Part shown: positions 24,323 through 37,580 of the stretch, in pieces
Position numbering within the stretch: the stretch's first letter is position 1
How the letters are laid out: each line of letters begins with the position of its first letter
Position numbers and translations under genes: made by a program
From: Mobula hypostoma
Taxonomy: Eukaryota
Reading direction: 5' to 3'
Assembly (NCBI RefSeq): GCF_963921235.1
Contig: NC_086097.1
Location: 158,040,001-158,104,000, forward strand
Length of the DNA stretch: 64,000 nt
Notes under the pieces: model-generated
What the model was told of the DNA's origin: nothing
The model's database searches: none
Seen by the model: the letters and a program-made list of their open reading frames with translations, nothing else

Positions 24323-24486
24323 AAACTGTCCTTACTAGGAAGAGATTGACTAGCTTCTGACCTCTTCTATCTCGTCAATGACAACCAGTATCCAAGGGAA
24401 AATTAAGGATTCATTAAATGTTTCTTTTAGGAACCTACTCCCTTCATTAATTGGGTGACCTGCATATTAATGATTAGGAGTGGGTA

Positions 24487-24532
24487 TCATAGTCGTAGCC
24501 ATACTTTATTGATCCCAGTGGGAAATTGGTTT
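24487..24532 (-). mobile_element. Ultra-short Rex1 tail (same family as 30726-32663)
   Basis: catactttattgatcccagtgggaaattggttt matches 30733-30766. Confidence 0.65.
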
Positions 24533-24939
24533 AAATGTAAACATCCAAGTTTACTGATTAAGGAAAAACAAAACTTAATTTTTTACTGAGAAGATTATAG
24601 ATTTCAGATAGACATGGTCAGGTTAAGCGAAATTGATTAAGTGGACAGACATTCTCCAGTCTGCTTATCCGACTCTGTCAGATGGGAGAGCAAAGGCACA
24701 GGAAGAGTGGCTGTCAGATAGCCTCACCAACTCAATGAGTGAGAGAGTCTGCTCGGTGCTCCCAGCTCTGACTCAGCCTCCAATTGATAAGACACCAGAA
24801 GGGGGATGTGGAGGTAGGGTTTGGTGGTTGGATGGGAGGAGGATCAGGGAAATGCCCTGCACCCACACAGTAGAATATTCCTGCAGCCCTGCAATATCTG
24901 GCAAATCTGTTCCCCATCCATCTCTCCAGTCTATGAAGC

Positions 24940-25140
24940 ATTCAGAATCAGAATCAGATTTAATATCACTGACACATGCTGTGAAATTTGTTAACTTTGT
25001 GCAGCAGTACAATGCAATACATGATAATATAGAAAATAAATAAATATATTACGGTAATTATATGTATATTAAATAGTTAAATTAAAAATAGTGCAAAAAC
25101 AGAAAAAGAACATCTTAAAAAGTGGGTTCAATGTCCATTC
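24940..25140 (-). mobile_element. Rex1/Babar 3' UTR fragment
   Basis: (GATTCT)n tail; reverse complement of the 12080-12170 type 3' UTR. Confidence 0.7.
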
Positions 25141-25369
25141 ATGCTTATGTATGGGATGTCCATAAGTCAGGCATTCATTCATAACCTTGAAAGGGCCTGT
25201 AGGATTATATCGCTTCTTTCTATACCTCTTATCAAGATGAGTTACATCAGAGTCGGTGTATTTTGAGTTGTATGTATATGTATTGTTGAACTAACAGGAC
25301 AAATGGGATAAACATTAATGGAATCCTTGGATTTATTAATAAAGGGCATTTTATTCATATAGAAATACT

Positions 25370-26215
25370 TATGACTGAGTGGCTAGGCATATCTCCAACA
25401 CCATCTATAAATTTGCCAATTATACCACTGTTGCTGGCAGAATCTCAGTCGGAAATGAGGAGGCATTCAGGAATAAAACAGACCAGCTGGTTGATTGATT
25501 TCTCAACAACAACCATCAGCAAGAACAAGAAATTGATTTTGAACTTCAGAAGGGTAAAGTTGGAAGAACATACAACAGTCCTCACTGAGGAGTCAGTAGT
25601 GGAAAGAGTTAACAGCTTCAATTTCCTGAGCACCAGTGCCTCAGAAGATCTGACACATTGATACAATCACGAAGGAGACACACCAACAGTTCTGTTTCAT
25701 TAGGACTGTGACAGTATTTGTTGTGTCACCAAGGAAGAAAAGTTTTACAGATGTATGATGGAGAACATTTTGACTGGCTGCATCACAGCCTGGTTATGGA
25801 GCCTCCAACGCATAGGATCGCAAGAGGCTGCAGAGGTTTCTCGACTCAGGCAGCTCCATCAAGGGCACAAACCTGCCTACCTTCAAGGACATCTTCAAGA
25901 GATAGTCCCTCAAGAAGATGGCATCCGTCATCAAAGACCCTCACCGTCTGGCACATACCCTCTTCACGTTACCACCATTAGGGAGGAGGTACAGGAGTCT
26001 AAAGACACAACTTCAATGGTTTAAGAATAGCTTCTTCCCCTCCTCCATCAGATTTCTGAATGGTCCATGAACCCATGAACATTAACTCATTATTTGTCTT
26101 GTGCACTATTTAATTATTAAGCAACTTAGAGTTATTTTTATGCCTTGCACTGTACTGCTGCTGCAAAAGACCTCATTTCATGTATGTCAGTGATAATAAA
26201 CCTGATTCGGATTCT
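25370..26215 (+). mobile_element. Rex1/Babar-type LINE 3' portion, decayed
   Basis: KLILNFRR..VERVNSFNFL..SEDLT and ENILTGCITAW. Tail aataaacctgattcggattct. Confidence 0.8.
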
Positions 26216-27904
26216 GGGCATACCAAAAGATGGAAACATAATGAAAAGCCGTGGTCACAGCACCTTCTGTGCCTTCCTTTCTTGCTATTGTATTTTAATA
26301 AGGAGTGTCAATGTCTTTAAAGCATCCAGTAGCAGCAATGAAACAAGGCAAAAGAGCAAAGTTGAATGAAAGGGTTGACAGACGTATTAGGGTGAATCAC
26401 CTATTTCTTTTTGCTATTTCACTTTATATTTTCATGCCAACTGTAATATTCCCTAGAAAGCAAATTGTAGCAAGTGTCATAGAGCCAAACTGAATAAAGT
26501 ATTAGTGGTTCAAATGTACCTATTCATATTTTATTTTAGAGACAAATTCCCTAATTAAATTTGGTAAGATGCTGGCTAATGCAAAAAATGTGACAAGGTA
26601 TTTGAATTGATACTGAATGTTACATAATGTGATTATAAAGATTCATTCGTTTCTGTAGTCAGCGTAGCTGATGGACTATGTTGATACAGTACAGCAACAG
26701 CTGTTGCAGTAAATGCACAAGAATTATGGAAGAGCTTCAAATGAATGTTTTCATTTGTAAGGCCTATGCAGCCAAATTTTAATATAACTGATTTTGAGGC
26801 AAGGGATCATATAGCATGGAAGCAGACCACATCCAAGTGGGCACCCTTATTTAACTAATCCAACCTCCTAACTCTTGGATAAGACTTACTACAACAGTTC
26901 CAGAAATGGGAGAATTTCAGACACAAGGTAAAACTGGAGAAAGTCACACAAAATACTGGAGGAATTCAGCATCTATGGTGGAAAATAAACAGATGACATT
27001 TTGGGCTGAGACTCTTCAACAGAACTGGAGAAATAGAGAAGCTGTGTTTTTTTTTGACTTGGGCAGGGAAAATTGAGTGGAATTTGAAAGTGGATGTACA
27101 GAGTTATCACCAGTTTAATTACGATACAAAGGGGGATGTTGTTCCCATTAAAGAATGTTTCTAAATACTAGAGAGAGTGGATTCAAAGTTTTAGGCAGAA
27201 GGTACAAGGAGGATATTGAACCTGGCACTCACTTCCAATAAGAGTAATTTTAAAAAGAGTCACTTCAAGCTTTCATGATGAATTTGCAACATTAAGAAAA
27301 ATAATTCACAGTGCTATGGGGAGAGAGCAAATGGAATGGGACACTGGCTTGTTTTACTAGAAGCCAGCACAGACACAATGGTTAAATGACCTTCTCTTGC
27401 CATGACAGTCCCATCATCCTATAAACTTTATTTGCAGGACTGTGAATACTTAATATTCTCTAGTTCATCTGTCAACTTGGTGAACAAGATGCAGAAAACA
27501 TGGCCTGGAAAAAGGATGGATGGAAGCAGTGTTGCTATGTTGGATTGGAAGGGCTTGGGTTTAAGGAAACATAAAATTTTGGAGGTTAAAGTAGCTAAAT
27601 TTGTTAACTATTAATGGTGACGGGAGTTCATTTGTCATCAAGTAATTGAATGGCTAACAGAATAAGATAAGGTAACGTTGAGTACAGGGTTGGTGGGAAA
27701 TAAACATTGAATATTTTTAAATCATTTATAATATGATATGTGGATAAAAATACAGACTGTTAGTGCATATCCTTGGCTGATCAAAACCTAATATGATCTC
27801 AAGCAGATTATGTGCCAAACAAGTGAACCTGCAAATCATTATGGCCTGCATTTTAAAGAGGATACTTCTCTGGACCTGTTCTTTAGCTGGAAGCTAAGTA
27901 AAAT

Positions 27905-28177
27905 CTGTGGCGCGTGGCCAAGTGGTTAGGGCGTTGGACTAGCGATCTGAAGGTCGTGGGTTTGAGCCTTGGCCGAGGCAGCGAGTGTGTCCCTGAGCAA
28001 GGCACTTAACCACAAAATGCTCCAGTCTACCCAGCTGAGAATGGGTACTGGCAAAACTACTGGGGTCCTATCCGGGGGGTGGGGGGGGGGGCGGCAGGGG
28101 GAGTCTCAGTCATTTCACGTCACGGAAACTGGCATAAGCATGGGCCACAGGGCTCGTGACAGACTTTAATCTTTAAT
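27905..28177 (+). mobile_element. tRNA-derived SINE with CORE-like central motif
   Basis: A box TGGCCAAGTGG, B box GGTTTGAGCC, ccctgagcaaggcacttaacc, (CTTTAAT)2 tail. 10-bp TSD TAAGTAAAAT at 27895-27904 and 28178-28187. Confidence 0.85.
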
Positions 28178-29464
28178 TAAGTAAAATTAGTAACGCATTC
28201 TAGCATTGAAATATTACCACCTAGGTAATAGGTAAAATAAAACTTGTTTCATTTGATTTATGATGGATTGTCAATCTGGCCTTCTTAATACAAAAGGTTG
28301 TGTATCACAACTGAAGGAAGAGGGAGAAAATTCCAAGGACATGGGCTTTTTAACAAACTTCCTGCGCAAGACCAGAGCACATGCAGGAACAGAGCTCATG
28401 TGATCTGTTTGAACAGAAACTATCCTAAGAGATTTAAAAAAAACCAATGAAATTGAAAGTAACTTCAAAGGTGAATAAGATTGATTCAAAGGAAACTTAA
28501 ACATAGCCAACAGCTAATTCTGCACCATTCAAATGTAAGCATGACTTATGAGGTCCAAAGGAAAGCTGGTATTTCATTATTCATAATATAAGCATTGATC
28601 ACATTTATCTCTATTGAATTCAGCTGATTATCTTGTGAAAACATGATGCTCTGTAACTTTGATTATTTGCTTCTCAAGTTTTGCCTTCAAACCTTCATGT
28701 AAATCTGAATTAGAATGAAATGTGACGATTAGATCAGTGTGTTATTTTAACAAATGTTATATTTTAAATGAAAAGTGCATCATTAAATTAACATCTATTT
28801 TTCTCGGGGTTAAATATTACTCATCACTGATTAATGTTAATAAGAAGAAAGGAACAACATTTAAAATGAGAAATGTTATTGGAAATGTCCACAATTAACC
28901 CAGAAATAATGACTCTTTATTTTCCAAGGTCCTTTAAAATGTATTAATAAATCAGTAACAATTTATCTTCTGACCTGTTGGACACTTACCTAATTCCTCT
29001 TCTAACTGTATTGATTAGCCCGGTATTATGACACCAAAATTTCCAGTAGCAAGAGTTTGGGCAATGTCCACTTTTCTTTAAACTTGCTCTTGCCCATTTC
29101 ATACCAATGTTATTTTATACACCATACTGTTGGCTTTGTGAGATGAATAGAACATATAACACAGTGCATAGAAGAGTGAATCAGAGGAGCAGACTCTTTG
29201 GCCTAAAATGTTATGTCAAAATAATTAAACTAGTAATCAAATGCCAAGCTAAACCAATCCTTTCTGGCTACACAATGTCTGTATCCTTCCATTCTCTGGA
29301 CATCTATGTGCTGATTTCATTGCTTATGAGACTATAGGGGCTTAGTATAATAACGATGAAGTATTCATTGCAGAAAAATATTAATTACCTAATCTAATAC
29401 ACATAGTCAAGATGTTATGTAGAAAGTCCCTTCAGCCTATCAAGTTCAAGCTGACCATCATGGA

Positions 29465-29600
29465 AACACAAGAGAGACTGCAGATACTGGAAATCTGAAT
29501 CAACACACACAAAGTGCTGGTGAAACTCAGCGGGTTAGGCATCATCTATGGAAGAAAATGAACAAATGACATTTCAGGCCGAACCCTTCATCAGGATTGA
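29465..29600 (-). mobile_element. Penelope-derived pLTR fragment (decayed hammerhead motif)
   Basis: ctgcagatactggaaatc..acacacaaagtgctggtgaaactcagc..catttcaggccgaacccttcatcagga. Same family as 50895-51127. Confidence 0.7.
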
Positions 29601-29659
29601 CCATCAAGCCCCATTTACCCATGTTCCATCTTATTCTTTTCCTATTCCCATCAATCACT

Positions 29660-29880
29660 CCAAGATTGTATCATTCACCTACATACCAGGGGTGGTTTAC
29701 ACCAGCCAATTAACCACTGCATCAGCACATCTTTGGGATATGTAAAGAAACTGGAGTGTTTGGGAAAATTTACATGGTCACAGGGAGAATGTTGCGAATT
29801 CAACCTAGACAACAGTGAACAATGAGAGTGAATTGAAGACACTGAAACTCTATAGCATCAACTCCCCCTGCTGTACCATT
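29660..29880 (-). mobile_element. HE1/V-SINE-like SINE, decayed
   Basis: The reverse strand reads ttctccctgtgaccatg..ccagtttc..atcccaaagatgtg, the V-domain-like pattern. Similar copies at ~37990-38210(-), ~44770-45020(+) and ~46985-47250(+). Confidence 0.6.
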
Positions 29881-30665
29881 GTACTTTCCATATTGTAATT
29901 AGTTAGAAGTATTTGAAGCATGAAAGAACTGAGGAACAGTGAGACTATATTCTTTAACTTAAACTTCAGATTTTCTTTTTTTGCAGCAGAGTTCTCAAAG
30001 CAACTGATTGTGCTCCTACTAACTCACTAAAACCAGATTATGCTTCCTCTGGAGAAATAAGATTTATTTACCATAATGAAGGGGCTTGGCCTGATCTGTG
30101 GACTGTTTATTCATATCCATAGATGCTGCCTGACCTGCTGAGTTCCTCCAGCATTTTGTGTGTGTTGCTGATACACCATACGAGCTGTGATGGAATAAGG
30201 AAAAAAGAAATCCAGTTGTGGATAGTGGTAGGTAACTCCTGCTCTTTAGAACCTAATCCCATTGAATGCTGATCACCTCACTAACTTTCTGGTCTAAGTT
30301 TTTCCCAGATACTGGCAATTTTCTTTCTGTTCTGATATGGACTCCTCTCATTTGAATTCATAGTCATAACCGCTCTACTCAAAAGAAAATCCTTTTTAAT
30401 CCTTGTTCCTACCAGCTGCTAACTCTTCGTCAATGATTTTGAGTCTTAAAAAGCTTTGTATTCTGTCCTGGTTAACCAGCTGGTGGTGTAGTGGCATCAG
30501 CAACATCTTCTTAATCATCCTGTCCATCTATGACAACACTTTGTAGAAAATATGTACTTGTGTTTCCTTGGTCCCTCTGGTCTACAACACTCTTCAGACC
30601 CAACCATTCATTGTGGAATTCCTGCTCTGGTTTGACTTACAAAACTGCAACAGTTCACACTGATT

Positions 30666-33600
30666 TGTTTACAACCAGAGATCCTGCTGCAGAGTCTGGG
30701 TGCATTCGCAGGCAGGCAGCTGAAAGTCATAGTCATACTTTATTGATCCCAGGGGGAAATTGGTTTTCGTTACAATTGCAACATAAATAATTAAATAGCA
30801 ATAAAACCATAAATAGTAATATGTAAATTATGCCAGGAAATAAGTCCAGGACCAGCCTATTGGCTTAGGGTGTCTGACCCTCCAAGGGAGGAGTTGTAAA
30901 GTTTGATGGCTACAGGCAGGAATGACTTCCTATGAAGCTCTGTGTTGCATCTCAGTGGAATAAGTCTCTGGCTGAATGTACTCCTGTGCCCAACCAGTAC
31001 ATTATGTAGTGGATGGGAGACGTTGTCCATGATGGCATGCAACTTAGACAGCATCCTCTTTTCAGACACCACCGTCAGAGAGTCCAGTTCCATCCCCACA
31101 ACATCACTGGCCTTACAAATGAGTTTGTTGATTCTGTTGGTGTCTGCTACCCTCAGCCTGCTGCCCCAGCACACAACAGCAAACATGATAGCACTGCCCA
31201 CCACAGACTCGTAGAATATCCTCAGCATTGTCTGGCAGTTGTTAAAGGACCTCAGTCTCCTCAGGAAATAGAGACGGCTCTGACCCTTCTTGCAGACAGC
31301 CTCAGTGTTCTGTGACCAGTCCAGTTTATTGTCAATTCATATTCCCAGGTATTTGTAATCCTCCACCATGTCCACACTGACCCCCTGGATGGAAACAGGG
31401 GTCGCCGGTACCTTAGCTCTCCTCAGGTCTACCACCAGCTCCTTAGTCTTTTTCACATTAAGCTGCAGATAATTCTGCTCACACCATGTGACAAAGTTTC
31501 CTACTGTAGCCCTGTACTCAGCCTCATCTCCCTTGCTGATGCATCCAACTATGGCAGAGTCATCCGAAAACTTCTGAAGATAACAAGACTCTGTGCAGTA
31601 GTTGAAGTCCAAGGTGTAAATGGTGAAGAGAAAGGGAGACAAGACAGCCCCCTGTGGAGCCCCAGTGCTGCTGATCACTCTGTCGGACACACAGTGTTGC
31701 AAACACACGAACTGTGGTCTGCCAGTCAGGTAATCAAGAATCCATGACACCAGGAAAGCATCCACCTGCATCGCTGTCAGCTTCTCCCCCAGCAGAGCAG
31801 GGCAGATGGTGTTGAACACACTGGAGAAGTCAAAAATATGACCCTCACAGTGCTCGCTGGCTTGTCCAGGTGGGCATAGACACGGTTCAGCAGGTAGACG
31901 ATGGCATCCTCAACTCCTAGTCGGGGCTGGTAGGCGAACTGGAGGGGATCTAAGTGTGGCCTGACCATAGGCCTGAGCAGCTCCAGAACAAGTCTCTGCA
32001 GGGTCTTCATGATGTGGAAGGTCAATGCCACTGGCCTGTAGTCATTGAGGCCGCTGGGGCGCGGCGACTTCGGCACAGGGACGAGGCAGGATGTCTTCCA
32101 CAGTACAGGAACCCTCCGGAGCCACAGGCTCAGTTTGAAAACATGGCTAAGTGCTCCATATAGCTGAGGGGCACAGGATTTGAGCACCCTGGTACTGAAA
32201 CCATCTGGTCCTGCAGCCTTGCTTGGGTTGAGACGTTTCAGCTGTCTTCTCACCTGTTCAGTTGTGAAGCCCACCGTGGTGGTTTCGTGTGGGGAAGGGG
32301 TATAGTCATGAGAGCAGGGTGGGGGACTGCGAGGAGGGGTAGGAGGGGAGAGTGGAATATGTGTTGGTTGGGGGCTGACAACAGATGGCTCATGTGGGGG
32401 ATGGGCAGGGGTCACAATGTCAAATCTGTTAAAGAACAGGTTAAGTTCGTTGGCCCTGTCCACACTGCCTTCAGCTCCTCTGTTGCTAGTCTGCCGGAAC
32501 CCAGTGATGATCCTCATCCCACTCCAGACCTCTCTCATGTTGCTCTGCTGGAGTTTCCACTCAAGCTTCCTCCTGTACCTGTCTTTAGTCTCCCCGATTC
32601 TGGCTTTCAGATCCCTCTGTATTGCCCTCAGCTCCTCCCTATTTCCATCTCTAAACGCCTTTTGGCAATCATGCAGTGAGAATGTACATTCCAGATTATT
32701 AGGGTTTATTTGTAGTTATATTTAACTCCCTTCCTTTTGTTTCAGTCTTGACCAAAGCACAGTGAGGGCAACGCCTCCTGCTTACCTTAGTCTACATTTT
32801 GGGAAGAAGATTAGTGATTTAGACTTGCTCACAAAAAAGAAGGCCACCACTGCTGGTGGGGTGAATGGATGGTTAAATCCTAGGGCTAATGCCTCCTTTA
32901 TTGTGTTCTTCCATGCCTCCAATTCAGAATGACAGGGTAAAGAGCAGGCCCTGATAAGAGCTCAATAGCACAGTCATATGTCCGGTGTGGAGGCAAGGAA
33001 GTGGCCTTCTTCTTGCTGAAGACCTTAAGAAGGTCAACGTATTCAGCAGGAATACCAGACAGGTCCACACTTTCAGGTATGGACTGATCACAAGAATCGT
33101 TCTTACATTTGTGACCGCAAGAGACCTAACTCACGTCAAGCATTGGGCTCTCTTCCTCACCCAGTTTAATTTCACCCTCACCTACCACCTTGGCAGCAAG
33201 AATAAGAAGGCCGATTGTTTCTCCCATCATTTTGTCATCTCTGAGGACACTGCCAATCCAGAGCCCATCTTTCCCCGCCCATGCATAATAGCTCCGGTGA
33301 GTTAGAGAATAGAAACAGAGGTTAGGGCTGCCCAAAACCTCCATGCAGCTTGCTGGGTGCAGGTCAGGGTCCCGTACCTAGTTGATAGGGAGGAGTACAG
33401 CCCAGAGGGACATTCTTGGGTTCCAGCTTGACACATTTTGGACAAGTCTCTCATCGAGGTCTCTGATGCCTTAGGAGCTGCACCTAATGAGGGCGGGCCC
33501 TATCACTACCACAGGCACATGTTGTGGAGTCTGGGCACTCTCGCAAGCAGGCAGCTGAAAGAAGAAGACAATCACACATGTCAGAATGCATATTCCAGCC

Positions 33601-33945
33601 AATTTGAGTTTCTTTGTAATTGTATTTAATTCCCATTCATTTGTTTCAGTCTTGTCAAGTCTTGACCAAACACACTCTCTGCTACCTTAATCCATGTTTC
33701 AGGAAAGAAGATTAGTGATTTAGAAGGACACTGTTTAAGGAGTGGTATTAATTTAGTACTAGATTATTGCTTTCAAGCCGTGTGAGAGCATTAGTTTTTA
33801 GTTTGAGAATTTTAGTAGCAGCTCTGTTGGCCGGGTGTTTATTATTTTCCTTTGTTCTGTACGGTTCTTATTAAAACTCAATGAATTGTTCATTCCATTT
33901 CTGTGTCTTTCCCTCTGCACTTGGGCCACCACCAAACTCTTGTCA
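30666..33945 (+). mobile_element. Internally deleted chromovirus-type Gypsy with two LTRs (5' LTR ~30666-30725 plus 32664-32823; 3' LTR ~33502-33945)
   Basis: Both LTR starts share gagtctggg..tcgca.gcaggcagctgaaa..gaagattagtgatttaga. Remnants WALFLTQFNFTLTYHLGSKNKKAD..NPEPIFP and chromodomain VPYLVDREEYSPEGHSWVPA. The LTR is homologous to 8773-9236. Confidence 0.8.
30726..32663 (-). mobile_element. Rex1/Babar-type LINE, young, inserted into the Gypsy 5' LTR
   Basis: ORFs 31777-32538, 31337-31819 and 30857-31228: [46 protein letters not shown]. Tail gggatcaataaag(TATGAC)2. Confidence 0.93.
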
Positions 33946-33949
33946 TATC

Positions 33950-34480
33950 TAGATTAAATGCCTTTTGCCATTTCTTGGCCTTCTTACCTGGCTGGTCCAG
34001 ATCCCCTTATAACTTTTGATAACTTTCTTCACTGTCTAATACCATGCCCCCCCCCACCCTCCCTACAATCTTGGTGTCTTCTGCAAACTTATTAACCATT
34101 CATTGTATATTCTATCCAGAAATTGACCCAGTATCGCTCCCTATAGTATAGCACCAATCACTAGCGTCTAATATGAAAAATATCCTTCTATAATCAACCT
34201 TCATATCCTCTACCAAGTCAATTGTGTATCCACTTCGGTATCTCTTCACGAATCCCATGCAATCTAACTCTACAGACTAACCTCTCAAGCAGGACCTTGT
34301 AGACAATATCCACTGACCTGCCCTCAACATACATAAGACATCTAGACAACTAGATTAGTTAGAAAGGAAAATTTTAGGAGGGTATGGGCCAAACTCAAGT
34401 AAATAGGAATAGCTCAATTAGACATCTTGGTCAGCATAGATACTAAGGGTTGGAGGGTTTGTCTCTGAGCTGTATAACTC
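33950..34480. mobile_element. Old CR1 fragments (RT piece on minus, 3' UTR piece on plus)
   Basis: The reverse strand reads KFAEDTKI..DLDQPG at ~33990-34090. 3' UTR pattern gggtatgggccaaa..ggcatcttggtcagcat. Confidence 0.6.
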
Positions 34481-34519
34481 AAAGTCAATGTCAAGCTCCA
34501 AAATTATTTGATATACAGC

Positions 34520-35100
34520 GGCATTACCATTGCTGAGTCCTCCCCTGCTTTAACATATTGGAGGAGTCACCAACTACATAAATATTGTGGATATGAAAGA
34601 ACCTCAGAGGTCTGAATTTCTGCAATGAATAATTCAGCTCCTGACATTTGAAGGCTTTTCTAACATCCAGATGGCCCGGGTCAGAAGTGGGGTGCAATAC
34701 TTACCTCTTTTCTAATTGAGTGCATCTCTATCAACTCTCGGAAAGCTGTTTAAATGGTACCAGCCATCCATCCATAAGATTCATTCCCTCCTCCACGGCC
34801 GCACAACAGTTTCAAAATGTACTGCAGTTGCCTGCCCAGTCTTTTCCAGCAATTTGTGACCACTACCACCAACAGTACAAGGCCAGCAAGGAAATGACAC
34901 CAGCTGCAGATCCCTCTCCAGGTTGAAAACCAGCCTGACTTGGAAAAGGTAGCTGCTTTTTTACCACTTAAATCCTGGAAGTCCTTCCAAAGAGTGCTGT
35001 AAAGATACCTCCAGCAAGACTGCAGTTGTTCAAAGAGGCTCCTCACGACCATCTCCATGTGAGTAATCAGGGATGAGCAGTAAATGCTGGTCTTGCCAGC
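34520..35100 (+). mobile_element. Old CR1-like LINE 3' end whose tail resembles that of Deu/SacSINE-type SINEs
   Basis: Ends gactgcag.gttcaa..ggctc..acc..cagggatgagcagtaaatgctggtcttgccagc. A related reverse copy lies at ~55990-56620. Confidence 0.5.
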
Positions 35101-35889
35101 TTCCTACAGATTCTGAAAAAAATTAATAACTTAAACTATCTGCAGCTGAGTGATGTGCCAGCTTCAATGAGCAGATTATTTTTGAGAAAATACTGCTTTA
35201 TAGCACTGTTCACAATACCTACCATTACATTGCTTCTGATTGATTGCTGATTGATGAGACAGTAACTGGCAAGATTGGATTTTCCCTGCCTTTTTCAGCA
35301 GGAAATAGCTAGTTAATTTTGTCAGATTGTAGATATTTTGGAACAATTCAGCAAGCAATGCAGCCAGCTCTTAAGCACAAATTATGCAGTGATATTTCTT
35401 ACAGCTTTTGCTGCATCCAGTTGTGAACAGACATTGCTTCATAACATCACCAACAAATTAAATTGTCTGAAGATTATTGGTGGGAACTGCAGTTGATGAT
35501 TGGTGGAAGGATTCTTTTTGTGTAGACTCAATGATCAGATTTTGCATACCAAGTAGTACACACCAATTTCAATAATGATATCCCTAGGAAATTCTACAAT
35601 AGTATTGACACAAGATTTATTGTCAGAGCCAGTGGTGTTCCACAGCTAACCACTGCAGCTTGCTGATCTGAGGAACCTTGCTTTCCAGTGACTGAGAAAT
35701 GATCAACAAATCTGGCTTAAGGCCACACTTTCATTCACTTTGGATATGTGTTGGAGATTCAATTAAGGCCAAAAATTACACCAAAGCCTCAGACAGTGAA
35801 TGAGGAGAGGAACAGAAATGATGACAAAGGAATGCAGTTTATCTACAGGACAGAAGTTAGTTACTCCTCTCCAAACCTTGTGACAGATC

Positions 35890-36050
35890 GGGCAGCAACC
35901 TTGCCATTCCTTCAGCATTTTGTCTTTTTTTCGTGAGGCTGAGTTGCTAGCTCGATGCTCAACCCCACACAGATGGAAAGCATGCATGGATCCAGCCAGA
36001 TTCAAACCTAGGACCAATCGCCTTGAAGTCCGATGATGATGCTGGCTTTC
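35890..36050 (-). mobile_element. tRNA-headed SINE fragment
   Basis: The reverse strand shows a B-box-like ggtttgaatc followed by a short body. A similar head fragment (ggtggtgtagtggcatcag) lies at ~30478-30500. Confidence 0.45.
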
Positions 36051-36059
36051 ATCTGTTAG

Positions 36060-36632
36060 ATCAATGAGTTCAAGAGTTAAGATGTTATATTGTTGTTGAG
36101 GCCAAATCTGGAGTACTGTGTACAGTTTTGGTCTCCTTGTTATAGGAAATACGTCATTAATATCGAAATAGGGCATAGGGCATAGAAGGTTTAGGTGAAT
36201 GCTGCCAAAAGTCAAGGGTTATAGAGTGAGGTTGGGCAGGCTTGGAGTTTATTTCTTGGAGCATAGGAAACTAAAGGGTGACCTTTTAGAGGGGTATAAA
36301 AAGAACGATGATGGAGTGAGTGCACATAGTCTTCTCCCAAGGAAAAGCAAATCAAAACCTACAGAACATAGGCCTAAAGTGAGAAGAGAAAGATTTCAAT
36401 TGTACCAGAGGAGTAATTTCTTCATGCAGAGGGTGGTGTGTATGGGGAATGAGCTGTCAGAGGAAATAGTTGAGGCAGGTAGAATAACCACATATGAAAA
36501 AAAAATTTGGAGAAGTTGAGAGGGATATATGCCAAATGTGGACAAGAGGGACTAGTTTAGATGGATATCTTGATTGGCATGACATATTGTGTCAAAAATC
36601 CTGCTTCCATGCTGATTTACTCTATGACTCTA
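36060..36632 (+). mobile_element. CR1 LINE 3' fragment
   Basis: RPNLEYCVQFWSP, LGVYFLEHRKLKGDL, FFMQRVV..NEL. Confidence 0.8.
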
Positions 36633-37435
36633 TTGTTCTCCAGTCTCAGGATCAGGATCAGAATCATTCCCATGTTATCTTCACTAAACCCTCTCTTTGA
36701 CTGAAAACATTTCATTTTCCCACTTCGCCCAGTCACTGAGCTGACATGATTACTCTCTTTCTTTGTCCACAATGGTGAGGGGCTGCTAAGTATTTCAAAT
36801 TTGAAGTGTCTGCACTTTTTGCTTTACATTCAATAGCATTGTCTAAGCTGGGAGCTACAATTGTGAAATTCAGCATTGCTATCTTATTGTGCAGCTTCAC
36901 TTTTGAATATCTGAAATACAAAAGGGTTGTTGGACATAGAGCATGTACAAGGAGTACATTTCTCTCTGCAACTTGAAATTCAGTAGAGATGTAGGCTGAG
37001 TCACATAGAAAGAAAAGGTATAAGATGGTTTCATGGTTTCAGTTGTACATCATCTCCTGTACAGTGATGGTACATGCAGGTATGCTTGGGTTTGGGTTTT
37101 CCTAGTTACCTTTCTGTGCCTTCAGTTGCCTGACAATCTATCTTGCAAGAAGCAGATCTGTGTCAGTGAGTTATAATACAATTACTGTGCCTGAAAACTT
37201 GGCAGGGTGTACAAGATTTGAAGTGTGGTTTTGATGCAGAAATGCTGAGGCCATGCTTGTGAATGCAGATGTAAATCTTGATCAACATTTCCCTGTCTTT
37301 TTTTAATTCTTAAGCACCAATATCTGATACATTATTTGTACATGGCATGAAAATGAAAGCTAATATTTATTGATTCCATATAATTAGCCCTGAAGGTAGG
37401 AAGTGTTTTTATGTGTCCAAGTAATGGGGGATCTT

Positions 37436-37580
37436 AAACACAAAATACTCTGCAGATGCTGGGGTCAAAGCAACACTCACAACACACTGGAGGAACGATC
37501 AGTCAACGTTTCGGGCCGGAACCCTTCGTGGGATGCTGCCCGACCTGCTGAGTTCCTGCAGCGTGTTGTGAGTATTGCTT
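37436..37580. mobile_element. Penelope-derived pLTR inverted fragment
   Basis: ctctgcagatgctggggtcaaagcaacactcacaac.. is inverted against ..gcgtgttgtgagtattgctt, with a partial hammerhead (gaagggttccggcccgaaacgttgactg on the minus strand). Confidence 0.7.

Noticed and set aside
27908..27975. tRNA gene
   Set aside because: The tRNA-like head continues into a SINE body and tail bounded by a TSD.
28271..28560. Short ORFs as coding exons
   Set aside because: No splice signals; faint resemblance to a very old CR1 endonuclease remnant.
28984..29150. Consensus minus-strand donor AG|GTAAGT at 28990
   Set aside because: No convincing upstream acceptor or recognisable peptide; isolated donors arise by chance.
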